From: the human T2T-CHM13v2.0 reference genome, Homo sapiens
NCBI RefSeq assembly: GCF_009914755.1
Contig: NC_060934.1
Strand: one strand, 5' to 3'
Length of the DNA: 64,000 nt
The first letter of the stretch is position 1; every line of letters begins with the position of its first letter. The notes beneath the pieces were generated by a model. The model had not been told where the DNA came from. It did no database searches and saw nothing but the letters and a program-made list of their open reading frames with translations. A program made the position numbers and the translations under genes. This document shows positions 1-13,753 of this stretch, piece by piece.

Positions 1-56
1 TTTATCTCTTCAACATTACCAGATGTACTTAAGGGATAACTTCTAAGGTCTAGATA

Positions 57-353
57 GGCCCAGTGAGGCTGCTCTTGCCTGTAATCCCAGCACTTTGGGA
101 GGCCGAGGCGGGTGGGTCACCTGAGGTCAGTAGTTCAAGACCAGCCTGGCCAACATGATGAAACCCCATCTCTACTAAAAATACAAAAAATTAGCTGGGC
201 ATGGTGGCAGGCGCCTGTAAGCCCAGCTACTCGGGAGACTCAGGTGGGAGAATCACTTGAACCTGGGAGGCGGAGGTTGTAGTGAGCCGAGATTGTGCCA
301 CTGCACTCCAGCCTGGGCAGCAGAGCAAGACTCCATCTCAAAAAAAAAAAAAA
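57..353 (+). mobile_element. AluS
   Basis: Dimeric Alu with poly(A) tail. Confidence 0.95.
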
Positions 354-547
354 TAGGTAAGTGTTGGTTTATCTTTTTTCAATGTTCTTTCAATTTTGGT
401 TTATTTCTCTTTTCTTTTTAAAGCCAAAAGTCAAAGCTTGTATTGAGATTCTTTTATAAAAATATTTCATGATTAGTTTTAAAATAATTTTTTTTTTCTG
501 GATGGTTTAAAATTTTTTCATTTATTGTTCTGAATAAGAAACATGTC

Positions 548-857
548 AGCTGAGCACAATGGCTCGTCCCTGTAATCCCAGCACATTAGAAGGCTGAGGC
601 AGGAGGATCACTTGAGCTCAGGAGTTCAAGACCAGTTTAGGCAACATGGCAAAACCCCATCTCTACAAAAAATACAAAAAATTAGCTGGGCGTGGTAGCG
701 TGCCCCTGTAGTCCCCCACCTACTCTGGAGGATCACTTGAGTCCCAGAGGCATAGATTGCAGAGAGCCAAGATCTCACCACTGTACTTCCAGCTGGGGTG
801 ACAGAGTAAGACCCTATCTCAAAAAAAAAAAAAAGAAAAGAAAAAAAGAGAAAGAAA
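548..857 (+). mobile_element. AluJ-like with internal deletion
   Basis: Diverged Alu; TSD AAGAAACATGTC. Confidence 0.9.
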
Positions 858-867
858 CATGTCCTCT

Positions 868-1000
868 GTGGGAGGCTGAGGCAGGAGAATCGCTTGAACC
901 CTGGAGGCGGAGGTTGCAGTGAGCCGAGATCACGCCACTGCACCCCAGCCTGGGTGACAGAGCAAGACTCCATCTGGGGAAAAAAAAAAAAAAAAAAGAA
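868..1000 (+). mobile_element. 5'-truncated Alu (right arm)
   Basis: GGAGGCTGAGGCAGGAGAATCGCTTGAACC...poly(A); TSD AAGAAACATG(T/C)CCTCT. Confidence 0.9.
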
Positions 1001-1402
1001 ACATGCCCTCTAACTACCTTCAGATCTTGATGGTTTTGAAAGTTTAGAAGGAAAAACAACAAAAATAAATCTTTTCTCAGAACGGTAACTGCTGTTTTAA
1101 ACAGAACTAAGCTCTTCCAATTTGCATTTTAAAATGCTGCATAATCAGTACCCCCAGCTTCCATTAATCATTAATACAGTGAAGCCACTGCTGCTTACAT
1201 ACTTGTTCATGGGCACATCAGTGGCTTTTGTAGCCTCTATCTTTGCCCTCCTTTTCTAACTTACCTCTCAGTTCCCATAAGTCTTAACTTATAGATAAAA
1301 TCTATTTGTGTTTTGACTTGAGAAATAGAGCAGAATTTGAAAACAGGATATGGCAGTATTTCAATATTTTAAAAACCTGTTTCCAACAAATTCTCTTTAC
1401 AG

Positions 1403-1492
1403 ACATACAACAGCTGTGCCAGACTCTGCTTAAACCAAGAAACAGTATGTTTAGCAAGCACTGCTATGAAGACTGAGAATTGTGTGGCCAAA
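1403..1492 (+). CDS. BTRC: BTRC coding exon 4 (TYNSCARLCLNQETVCLASTAMKTENCVAK), 90 nt, phase 0-0
   Basis: ctctttacAG acceptor and GTAAGT donor; translation matches the recalled beta-TrCP1 N-terminal region and joins exon 5 in frame. Confidence 0.95.
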
Positions 1493-2376
1493 GTAAGTAA
1501 TATTGCTCATCAATGTATATTACACCACACCATAACAGTGCCATATCTGTAGGCATCTTTACTCAGTATTGCTTAAGGATTATTACAGGATTATATAGTT
1601 AAGAAAAAAATACAAACAGGCATCATTTTATCTAGAACAGATTGCAAGTTAGATTCTCCACCTCTTAATTGCAACAGAATGTTTTGCTTATGAATTCTGG
1701 TCACTCTTTAGACTGATTCACATTTGTTTCTTGACACTAGTTGTAGATTATCACATATCAGTAGGATTTGTATAAGATAATGTACAATTGTTTTGATAAG
1801 TTTATGGTTTTTAAATACAGTTACGTATAGAGTACATCACATCATTGCAAGGACTGTGAAATATGCTATAGACAACCCAATTATTATATCACTATTATTA
1901 TTTATTGAGTGGCTAATGTTGGAAATACTGCTTTTGTTGATCTTGATCCACATGGACAAGTATGTTTAGTCATGTGTATGGGCTACCTCTTTTTCATGTA
2001 TATATGTCATCTCTATAGCCTAGATGTAAAATTAATCTTAAATATTAGAGATCTGATGCTTTTTATATCTATCATAACTCACATTTTCCAAATATCTGTA
2101 ATTACTGAGGAATTTTGACTAAAATTCAAGTGTCAGACATTTTAGGAATAAGTACTATTAAGTATGGGCTTTGTTTCTTTTACTTGAATTATCTGCAAAA
2201 ATATTGCCTTTATATCTATTCATAGATTTGCTACTGTTACAACATTCCCAACTTGAACTATTTTAGTTTAACCTATTTTATTATAGATCCAGGCCCTCAG
2301 TTTCTTACTGTTATTATTAGAGCTTAGGACTGGTGTCATGTCATTGCTATCTTTGCTACAAAAATCTAATGACAGT

Positions 2377-2670
2377 TGTCTTAGTCCATGTGAGCTGCTA
2401 TAACAAAAATACTGTAAGCTGGGTGGCTTATAAACAAAACTAATTTTTTTCTTATAGGGGCTGAGAAGTCCAAGATGAGAGCACTAGCAGATTCAGTGTC
2501 TGGTGAGGGCTTGCTCTCTGCCTCATAGATGGTGCCTTCTCACTGCATCCTCACATGATAGAAGAGACTAGCTAGATATCCGAGGTCTCTTTTTTTTAAG
2601 GGCACTAATCCCACTTACAAGGGGTCTGCCTTCATGAATTTTGGAGAACACAAACGTTCAGACCATAGCA
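2377..2670 (-). mobile_element. MaLR solo LTR (MLT1A/MST-like)
   Basis: TGTCTTAGTCC...GCTGCTATAACAAAA and CAGACCATAGCA termini. Confidence 0.8.
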
Positions 2671-2940
2671 AAAGCAGAGTTTTTGTTTATTTTTCCTTAA
2701 AACATGCAGTAGTCTCTGGGCCTGCTCTATCAACTGGAAATGTATCACACAAAATATAACCATCGAAATCATACATATAAGAAATATCAGAATTTATTTA
2801 AAATTACAGTTTAAAAAGGTAGAGTTCATCAGTTAAATGTCTCAAATCCAAATATGTTAATATTTTGCTATAAAATGTAATTATAAATTACATATTTTTC
2901 AGTCATTTAGTCACAACTAACAAGTGCTAATTGACCCTAT

Positions 2941-3278
2941 TTTATTTTGTTTTGTTTTATTTTATTTTTAGAGACAGAGTCTTGCTCTGTTGCCCAGGGT
3001 AGAGTGCAATGGCACTAATCCTAGCTCAATGCAGCCTTTACCTCCAGGGCTCAAGCCCTGATCTTCCTGCCTCAGCCTCCCGAGTAGCTGAAAACATGAG
3101 TGCATGCCACCACACCCAGCTAATTTTTGGTTTTCGGTTTTTTAGAGTTGTTTTGTTTTGTAGAGATGAGGTGTCGCTGTATTGCCTAGGCTGGTCTCGA
3201 ACTCCTGGCCTCGAGTAATCCTCCCCACTAGGCCTGCCAAAGAGTTGGGATTACAAGCGTGAGCCACTGCACCCAGCC
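2941..3278 (-). mobile_element. AluJ
   Basis: Antisense Alu with T-rich tail. Confidence 0.92.
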
Positions 3279-4026
3279 CAAGTCTACTTTATATCCTGCT
3301 TTTGTGCATGGAAACAGGGATACACAGTTATTTGGGCCTTTAAAAATATTCTTTCTTTCTTTTTTTCTTTTTTTTGTTTTTGGCCATGCTGCTCTTAGTT
3401 TCATCACAAGTGGGTGACTTCTGGCTAAATAAGGTAAAATTTTAGCATGAGCACCAATCCAAGGACAGGGTGATGATTTTAATGAGTTTCACTGAGAGCT
3501 GGCCAAGTGAGCATCTGTTCCTTTTGTTTTCTCCATACTTTGTAAGCCAGGATCTCTAATCTAAATAGGTTGGTGTGTGTCTATATGATGTGGAGTGTTT
3601 TTTTTTTTTATTGTTTTTTTCTCCCACCCTCTGCTTTATTGGTACATGGTTAAAAATCTTCTGCCATCTAGCACAATTATTTAATTTCTTCCATGCTTTT
3701 GGATCTTGAGTGAGAAAGTAAGTTTGCTCATTGCTGCTCATCAGTGTGTTTCACTTGCTCCCAGGTGGTGACCTTCTCATTGCATTGTTGCTTATTTTAA
3801 CATTATTCTGACACCTATATCCTTTCGTCATCCTCTTAAATAATCTAATTTAATGATGATGTCTATCATTTCCTATTGGAACCCAGTTAAATCACTGGTT
3901 CCTTTTATTGGCCCACATCCTGTCTTCTGGTTCATTGCTTCAGATTTGAGCCAAATAATCAGTTGGTCAATGTCAAATAAAAACACATAGCTGAAAAATT
4001 TTCTTTCTTGCAACAGTCTCCAGTGA

Positions 4027-4730
<704 letters not shown>

Positions 4731-5348
4731 AACTGTTTCTATTGGCCTCTATTGCTTGACCTTTGAATGGAATGACTTGTCATTATTTTTGTTGGTCTGC
4801 AAGCTTGTCCCTATTTCCTGTTCTTCACCTTTAGCCCTTAACTGAATAGTTTCATCTGCTGCATTGATATGGCTGCAGTGTTTTCTCAACTTGGTACAAG
4901 TGTCTGTTGTTGATTCAGATTGTACTCCATTGTGGCCTGAATCTGTAACCATTTCCATGTGAGAACAACTGTAATATTGTGATATCAACCATTTTTGTCC
5001 TTTAGTTCAAAGAGTGACTTTGGCTTGGCTAGAGATACTAATTATAGGCCAAAACCTTATTATTTATTGAATATGGTTCATGTAAGTTTTAGAGAAGACA
5101 TTAATACTATTTATTTCCCTAAAAGCAGCAATGGTATTATGTTTGGACCCCTATAATACCTTGATTGTAACTCTTTGCCAGAAATATCATAGTCTTATGA
5201 TAGCTCTATACGAAGGGTACCAATTAGTCCTCTGTAGAATACAAGAAACAAAGCTGTAAAACAAATTACAACCACCCTAAGTTGGCAATAATCTTGTTAG
5301 TCTTTAACTTGAAGAAAGAGGCCTAAGAAAAAATTTAAAACTAAAAAT

Positions 5349-5741
<393 letters not shown>

Positions 5742-6229
5742 TTATGGCCCTGTGTTTCATGAGATTTGTGTTTGGAGCATGATGAGCTCTGTGTTTATTG
5801 TAGCTTTAAATGGACAGTCATTATTAACTGTCAACTTAGTCTTTAAAATCCATAATCACATTGTGCTTATTACTTGTCAACCTTCATGATTTTTTTTAAT
5901 TGGTAAAGAAAACTCACTGGAAGGCTGAAAAGCATTACTTTTTTATGTTATCTTGCTATTGGCTTTATTAAACTATTACTGCAAATTTTGGTCTTAGGTT
6001 TTTTTCCCTAATTTACCCTTACCCACACCCACAGATACACAAATACATGCAGTTAAAATTGAATTGTTTGAATACATCTATCCAGATTCCTGGCCCAGAT
6101 AAGAGAAGTTTTTCCTCTTTATGTTTGGGAAATAAACCCCTTCAGTAGCCCTTTGTGGATGTTCTGTATTTTAGTTGTTATTGGTTGTTGTCACTGTGTT
6201 TTTTTATTTGAGACTAATAATCTGTTTGA

Positions 6230-6560
6230 AACTGACTGAGACAGAAAAATGTGATGTTCCTTTCCACTCACTCCAGATTTTGATAGAAGACTTGTTTTAT
6301 TTATTTCCAAAATTATATCCGCAGGAAACAAGCTGTTTAAATTCAGATTATGCTGAAGCAAAATGGTCCTGGTATGAGAAGCAACGTGCTGTTTTACGAG
6401 CACAGAGTCCCTTTTCTCATAACTGATTGATAGTAAATATTTTCCTGAAGAATTATTGCCAACCATGAACAGTGCAACTGTTTCACTTTTTTTCCATGCT
6501 ACTTGCTGTACCAGCCATTGTCGGTAATTAAGATCTACAATTCACAATGCAGACGTTTGC
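6230..6560. promoter_or_regulatory. Putative conserved non-coding element / enhancer A in intron 4
   Basis: Unique sequence with HOX13-type TTTTACGAG (6392-6400), PBX-HOX-like TGATTGAT (6424-6431), FOX GTAAATA, SOX CATTGT/ACAATG, TAATTA; I recall ultraconserved elements in this intron; conservation not computed. Confidence 0.6.
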
Positions 6561-7919
6561 ACTTCCTCTGGGTCTGTGCTATTTATAAGGCATTTCAGCT
6601 GTTCAGAGTTTCTTTTGAGTTTTAAACTACATGTTAACAGGCTTCTTTAAGATACTGTTCCACAAGTAGCATGTCATATGGTCCGTTCTTCACACAGGCG
6701 CCTCTGTCAGGTCTAAACATTAGCTTTACAGAGAACATACTAAGATATAACCACGTCATTGAGGCTGATGTGGTTGGAAAAACTGTGGAGTATAATGTGT
6801 TACACATTGGGCTTATTGCTCTTTCAAAAAGATAGGAAGGAACTTCAGATGTAATATTCTTTTTGAAAATCTTAATATTCATATGAGCTTAATGTGTTAA
6901 TTGGGTTACAGAGATATACACAGTTAAATGACTTTTCCAAGTTCACTTTGCATTAATAAGAGAAGCCAGGACCCCTCTTATAGACAAGAGTTTGTGTGTT
7001 TGTCAGATTAAGGATGTAAGAATACATTTTCTTCTAGATGTGCGTGCCGTTTAAGAAAAATACAGACATGGGGCACCAAAACGGATCAGCAGATTGACTG
7101 CACATTTGTTGTGTAATCAGCTTCAGGAACCCTAAGTAGCATATGCCATTGGTTGAGGAAAGTGTAAACAGGAATCTTGGTCTGTGTTAAAGTTGGTAAA
7201 ATTTAAACCATTTTCAACCAAAAAGAGACTTAAAAAAAAAAGTCCAGACCCCAGCCCAGAATCTTTATGAATTATGCCCTAAAATAAGAGTAATTGCTTG
7301 TGCAGTCTTCTTGCTACCGGCACTCATTGTTAAACATACAAGAAAAAGAAACAAGAAACTGAAAGCTGTCAACAAAATGTGTTTAAAACTTTGCCCTGAG
7401 TGGGCATCAGACTGGCTGTTTTTAAGCCTGAAGTCCAGCCGCATTGATTAGGCACGTTGGCCATCAGCATCTTCCAGCAGAGCAGATCTGCAGAGAAAGG
7501 CAGGACCCAGGTTTTAGTGCTGATTCTGGATGGCCCTTGAATATAGACAGAATATAGACAGCTTATAACAAAGCCATTCCAAGGCAGTTTTATTTTACAA
7601 ATCTAAAACTTTCGGTAGTTCTTTTGAACTACCGTGTTTCTGTAAATTTCTTCAGTGAACTCTATGAACCGTTTTTTTTGTTTTTGTTTTTGTTTTTAAA
7701 TAGCAGCGGTTCAGCTGTTGGGAACCACTGATATATCTGACTGAGGCACTTCAAGATGCTAGAATTTATTCATATTTCTATCTAGCCAGGGAGCTAATAG
7801 GCTCGAGCTTGTCTTTGTGGATTGATCTAGATTAGCATGAAATGAGCCCAGTCAGTGTCTTCCTCAGTGAAAAGGGAGAGGTTAGGGGAAAGAGGGATGA
7901 AAGAAGAAAGTTCTTCATC

Positions 7920-8560
7920 AAGAATTGACTGCAGTATTGCCTGCTGATGCATGTCGGATCACCCGCACAGAGAGATCACATGGCTTCTCCAAAAGTCAAA
8001 CGATCAATTCGCCTCGTTTTGGCTCTGTACTTAATGCACAAACAGTGCGATCTGCGGGGCTGTAATTGCATTGTTAGGGCCAAGGAACAAGGCTGTGCCT
8101 TTTCAGCAGACAGCTGGCAGGGAGAGAGGCATGTTGTTAGGAAAGAGAGAGGCAAGGCAAATAAAATTACTGCTAACGCTCAGAGATCGGCAGGAGTCCT
8201 ACTTGCCTAATCTTACCGGTGGGAGCAAGCGGCTGTTGTAATCCAATTATAGCAGCATAAGCAATTTGTTAGACACTCCGCATAATGTAACAATTTCCCA
8301 ATAAACTCTGACTTGTAATAACGTCGGCAAGAGTCCGCATAAATCTGCCCGAATGGTGGGGGCTGGAGCATTCGGCTGGGGGCTTGTAATTGGCGCCATC
8401 AGCACGTTTTGCGGAGTGCAGTATGGTGCAGTCTTTTAGTGCAGGAATTTTAAGGAGAAAAGCGTGGCACACATTTCTCAGGGAAAAAAAAAAAGTGGCC
8501 ATTAAAAGGGGAACAGCAAGAAGGGCATACTCTTGCCGTCACATTACCTAGGAATCTTAG
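7920..8560. promoter_or_regulatory. Putative conserved non-coding element / enhancer B
   Basis: About 22 CpGs in about 600 bp of non-Alu DNA (hand count); TAATCC, TAATTG(G), CCAATAAA motifs. Confidence 0.7.
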
Positions 8561-9439
8561 TGTAGAAAGAAAACAGGAGGAAGCCATGTTTCCTCCTAAT
8601 ACTAAAGAGGGGAGGTGGGGAAAAGAGTGTGTGAATTAGTTAAATTTCTTTATTTAAAAGGCATCGGTTTCTATTATTTATACCTTCATCTCCAGCCCCC
8701 TAAAATGCTGTTCAGGCAGGGTTTAGCTAACATTTTTATAAAATGGTCATACTCAAGACAAGCCTAGAAATGCCAAGTTAAAATCTGTTTTCTTCTGGAG
8801 TTAGCATTTTCTTTACAACATGAAATATATATTCTTTATGACCAGGACAAATCTTTTAAAGATATTATCTCACTGAATATCAGACCTTTCTGTGGTGTTC
8901 TGACTTCTGCTTTAAGAAACTGTCACTTACTGAAGGGTTTAAATCTCAGCTTGTTTGCTTAGCTGCACTGCTTATTTTCTCATTCTGAAACATATTGTGA
9001 ATATCTATGATACTAGGATTAGTAATCAATCTTATTGAAACATTACATTTTATAAGAACATATCATTTAAATTTATACTTGTGTGATCATTATAGAAATA
9101 ATTTTGATTCCTAAGTAATAAAATTTCTGTTTTGGAAAAAATATTTGTTGTTATATGGGACAAAATAAAATCACCCTTATTAATTGATTAGCATTTGTAG
9201 TCACAGAATAGGGTTTCTTGTTATATAAGGTATAGGAGGTGAAGCGTGCTTATGGATTTGAGTTAATAGATTTTCATGCTACTCAATGTTTATTAAATGT
9301 TACCTACTTTCTTATGCCAACCCATTTCTTCATTGCTATATAATTTGTGTCAAAACCAACTATATGAAGAACAGGATTTTTCAGAATATCCTGTTGCTGT
9401 GGGTATTACCACAATAAATACTTACTTGCAGACTTAAAC

Positions 9440-9860
9440 ATTTCCTTTTGCTGAAACAAATGCAGCCTTCTTTGACTGGAGCTACATCAATAAACTGCAG
9501 TGCCTCTAATAAAGCCACTCAGTGTCTGGGTTTAACTAATGGCTGATTTTCATGGCTTTGACAGTGAGCTGTGTGCGTTATTTTCTCCTGATATTGTAAA
9601 AATAATGAGAGCAAATTAGAACAATCAGTTTACACAGATAGCTCCTGATTGGAGGCGATGGGCAATATGGCAGCAGGTAATCCATCTTTGGACTCCTGTC
9701 ACATTAACTTCAACAGTGTGAAAAGATCAGGTGGGGTAAGCAGGGATCCTACCCAGTCGGAACACTGAAATTAATGAGAAGAACAGTGTTCTGTGATCAA
9801 CCTTTTAATTAGCAAGAGTGGAAACAGAGGGAATGATGAAGGGAGCACCACAGCTGCACA
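9440..9860. promoter_or_regulatory. Putative conserved non-coding element C
   Basis: Unique sequence; TGACAG (9559-9564), CAATAAA, TAATGG, GTTTACA, TAATCC (9678-9683). Confidence 0.45.
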
Positions 9861-12224
9861 ATGCCAGGCTCAGTTTCTGAAAAGGAAAGCAAAAAAATCT
9901 GTGTTTTATGTTACTTTTTTTCTTGCTGTGTACAGGCATTATCTTTCCATTCTAGAGCTGGTTGCAGGCTTAAGAAATACTGCCTACTTTCCAAAGTAAT
10001 GCCACAAATATGGTTGATATATTAATAATCTATAGACTGTAATTCTATCAGGAGTCATTTGATTTTGATTACCAGCATACTTTCTTTGGCATTGTACTCT
10101 GGGTTTTAAGCTTGATTTTTCTAAAAATCAGGTAACCAGAGGAATTACATTTTTTAAAGTTCTGCCTTGTCAGCCTCCTCTCTCCTCATCACTCCAATTT
10201 AGAGTTTTCCTTGCAAGTAACATGAGAGTTTTCTGGTTTGGAGCATTTCTGTCACTTTGAGTTATTTAAAAGAGGAGCAAAATCCAGGCAGCCAGCTATG
10301 TCATATTTAAATTATATTCCTTTCCTGATTCCGTTTATTAGAAATTTGCTGTTTTGTTTTTCTATTACCTGTGCTATTGACTTCTCAGTGTTGGGCTGTG
10401 TTATTTCAATTTATGTAATTGAGAACTGAATATCAATCAAGTAAGGTGTTTATAGGAGGAAGAAGGAGAAAATCTAGGCATTAACTGAGACTAAAGGTTG
10501 ATTCATCCATTCAAAGCTCAGATATACTAAAATTGTAACCTTGTTAATCAAATGGTATTAGGCTATAGAAGACATAAATGAGCAAAATTTTCTGAGCCAA
10601 ATCAGCTTCTGTTTCCTAGACCTTTTTTGGAAGGCTTTAATTTTGGGAAAGTATATGAAGCCATCATGATTTGCAGCGTGTTAGTCTTTACATATTAGAC
10701 TTAGTGGCTTACTGTAAAAGCAAGTAATATGTTATAGGCTATGTAAATGAATTCAAATATCTTCTAAAGATACACAAAATATTTTTTTCTTGATACTAAT
10801 AATTAGGCATTTATTTGAAGTACTAATATGCAAAAGCTGGTTACCAGGTACCCACCTGGGTACAGAATTGGTAGGAAAGAGCCTAAAGTTAGTGTGAAAT
10901 ATTTAGGTTAGGTATGAGGTGATCTTTTCTCATAGGACTTTTTTTCACAATATTTATAACTAATGTAGATTATATGTATCATAATAGGTATAACTCTCTA
11001 GGCTTTCAGTGCTAAGATACTGCATTTACAGAAACTTAAGTCTCTAATATTATGCCTCTACTTAAAACTCATTGTACAAAAGTACCTCACTTCCCCCTAG
11101 TACCATCTCCCTACCCTCTTCCCTGAAAAAACTTAGGATTCTGTTAGAACAGAAATCTGATTTTTTGTCATGTTTTATTTTGACTGATAGTGAGCTTTTC
11201 CTGAAAACATTCATTTAGACTTGTATGTACCAATATTTTAGAATCAGTGATGTAATACCAAATAGTATCTAGGACTCCCCCCAGACAACTCTTTTTTTTT
11301 CTTTCCCAGAATCAAGAATAAAAGCAACCCAGACAACTCTTTAATAGTCTGATGCTACTGTGCATATTAATATTTAAAGTCCACTTGTTATTATTTTGCA
11401 GATCCTTTTCTGCATTCCTTAATCTGAAAGAGAGATTTTTATTCTTAATACTTGTATGGATTTTTGTGGCTTTTTATGGGTGTAAATATTCTCCTCTCTC
11501 GTTTGACAGTTTCAAAAGCCTAGGTTCATAAGCTCTCCATGAATAAATATGTTCTTAGTCATGTGATGTAAAAAGATCGCTTACAAAGCTTGTGAAACCT
11601 GAGCCTTCCTTTTGAACCTTTTACTACCCATGAGCTCAGGAACCATACATGCAAAATTTTATTCTTGCGTCATGACTTCAGCTTATGAGGGAAATGAGCT
11701 ATGAATTTAAATGACTCTTCTACTCTATACCAAGTTTCTATGAAAATAAAATTGTATTTTTTCCTTTTTCCTAAAAGGAAAGTTTCATCTGACTAGTGTT
11801 TCTGCCGGTATTTGTTCCCATTGTTAAAAGATTTGTTTCTTAAGATTAGCATTAAAATAGACATCCTGTTTTTGAAGGCATCTTTTTTTGTTTATACTGT
11901 AATCCCAAAAATGTCCAACTGGCTGAATGGCCAAGAAACTCCCTTGTAATTTCCTAATAGAGCTAAAGTTAACAAGTCACCTTAAAGTCTACTAATTCCA
12001 ATTAAGTTCACCTTGGAGAAATTTTCATTAGTCTAGTCCTTTGGCACTTACCCAATACACCCTTAATTAAAGTTCTTATGCATGGGACCAGTTGTATCTA
12101 TTATAAAGATTATCATAATTCTAAGTTTTCTCTCCCACCCCCATTTTTTTTTTCAGGGTGTGTTTCCATATAAAGATCGAAAAAGTCCATTTTCTTTTCA
12201 TGTATCTTCAAGATGGAAGATCTT

Positions 12225-12327
12225 TTCCTTCCCTTCCTTCCTCCCTTCTTCCCTCCCTCACTCCCTCCTTCCCTCCCTCACTCCCTGCCTCCCTCCCTTC
12301 CTTCCTTTCTTCTTCCTTCCTTCCTTT
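12225..12327. repeat. (CCTT/CCCT)n simple repeat
   Basis: Directly visible. Confidence 0.9.
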
Positions 12328-12389
12328 TCAGTTTTATACTACTCAGAAGTTTGAGGAGGAGAGAGAATACATTAAAATGTATTCAGCCC

Positions 12390-12590
12390 CAGTGTTCAGG
12401 CACTATATAGTGCTAGCTATGTGTTACTTATTTGGATTCTCATGTGAACCTGGTGAGATGGACTGGATCCCACTTTACAAACGAGGAACGAGAAGCTTAG
12501 ATAAGTTAAACCTTTTCCAAATTTTCACATCTTTAAATGATAGAGTCAAGTTTTGAACTAAGATCTGACTTCAGAGTTCTTGCTCACTAG
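12390..12590 (-). mobile_element. MIR
   Basis: CCCACTTTACAAACGAGGAA...AGAAGCTTAGATAAGTTAA MIR core-like. Confidence 0.6.
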
Positions 12591-12816
12591 ATTGCCTTTC
12601 AGGTAGTATTTGGAGGCCTCTGCACCTCTCCTACCAGGATACTTCCCCCATCGCATTGTGTAGCTTTTCTCCATTTCATTTCTATAGCACTTTGACATCT
12701 AGCAAATGTTATTTTCTCATCTTCCTCCTCTTCCTACCTCTTGCTGCTTGTATAAATATCTTGTTCAGGCTGAACTGAGAGAAGTAGTGTATTCAGAAAA
12801 CTTACTATCTCTTTTC

Positions 12817-13112
12817 GGCTGGGTGTGGTGCCTCACACCTGTAATCCCAGCACTTTGGGAGGCCTAGGTGGGCGGATCACTTGAGGTCAGGAGTTCAAGG
12901 CCAGCCTGGCCAACAGGATGAAACTTTGTCTCTACTAAAAATACAAAAATTAGGTGGATGTGGTGGCTGCACCTGTTGTCCCAGCTACTCAGGAAGCTGA
13001 GGTGGGGAGACTCACTTGAACCTGGGAGGCAGAGGTTGCAGTAGGCCAAGATTGCGCCACTGTACTCCAGCCTGGGTGAAGGAGCAAGACTCTGTCTCAA
13101 AAAAAAAAAAAA
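12817..13112 (+). mobile_element. AluS
   Basis: Full Alu; TSD TCTCTTTTC. Confidence 0.95.
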
Positions 13113-13414
13113 CTCTCTTTTCTGGGTTACCTAGTCAGTAATTCCATGTAACTTAAATAGTCACCTGCCTTATTAACATAGTATACAGATCTTTCAAGGA
13201 TCTAAGTTGACTTCTTGGCTCCATATTACATTGTTCTGTATATAAAATGACTGAGATAATATTAGACAACTGGTTCAGGGTGGTGACTTACTTTAGTAAT
13301 TGTTTTAGAAGTTGTTTTGGAATACAGATTTTATCCTGTTGTCTGTGTCACAATTTGTAGTGTAAGCATGCACTGGCAGTCCTTTCATACCAACACATTT
13401 GTTTTTCCCACTTA

Positions 13415-13753
<339 letters not shown>

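Noticed and set aside
12125-12160. Strong-looking acceptor CCCCATTTTTTTTTTCAG
   Set aside because: No convincing donor downstream; followed by a simple repeat and MIR; such decoys are common
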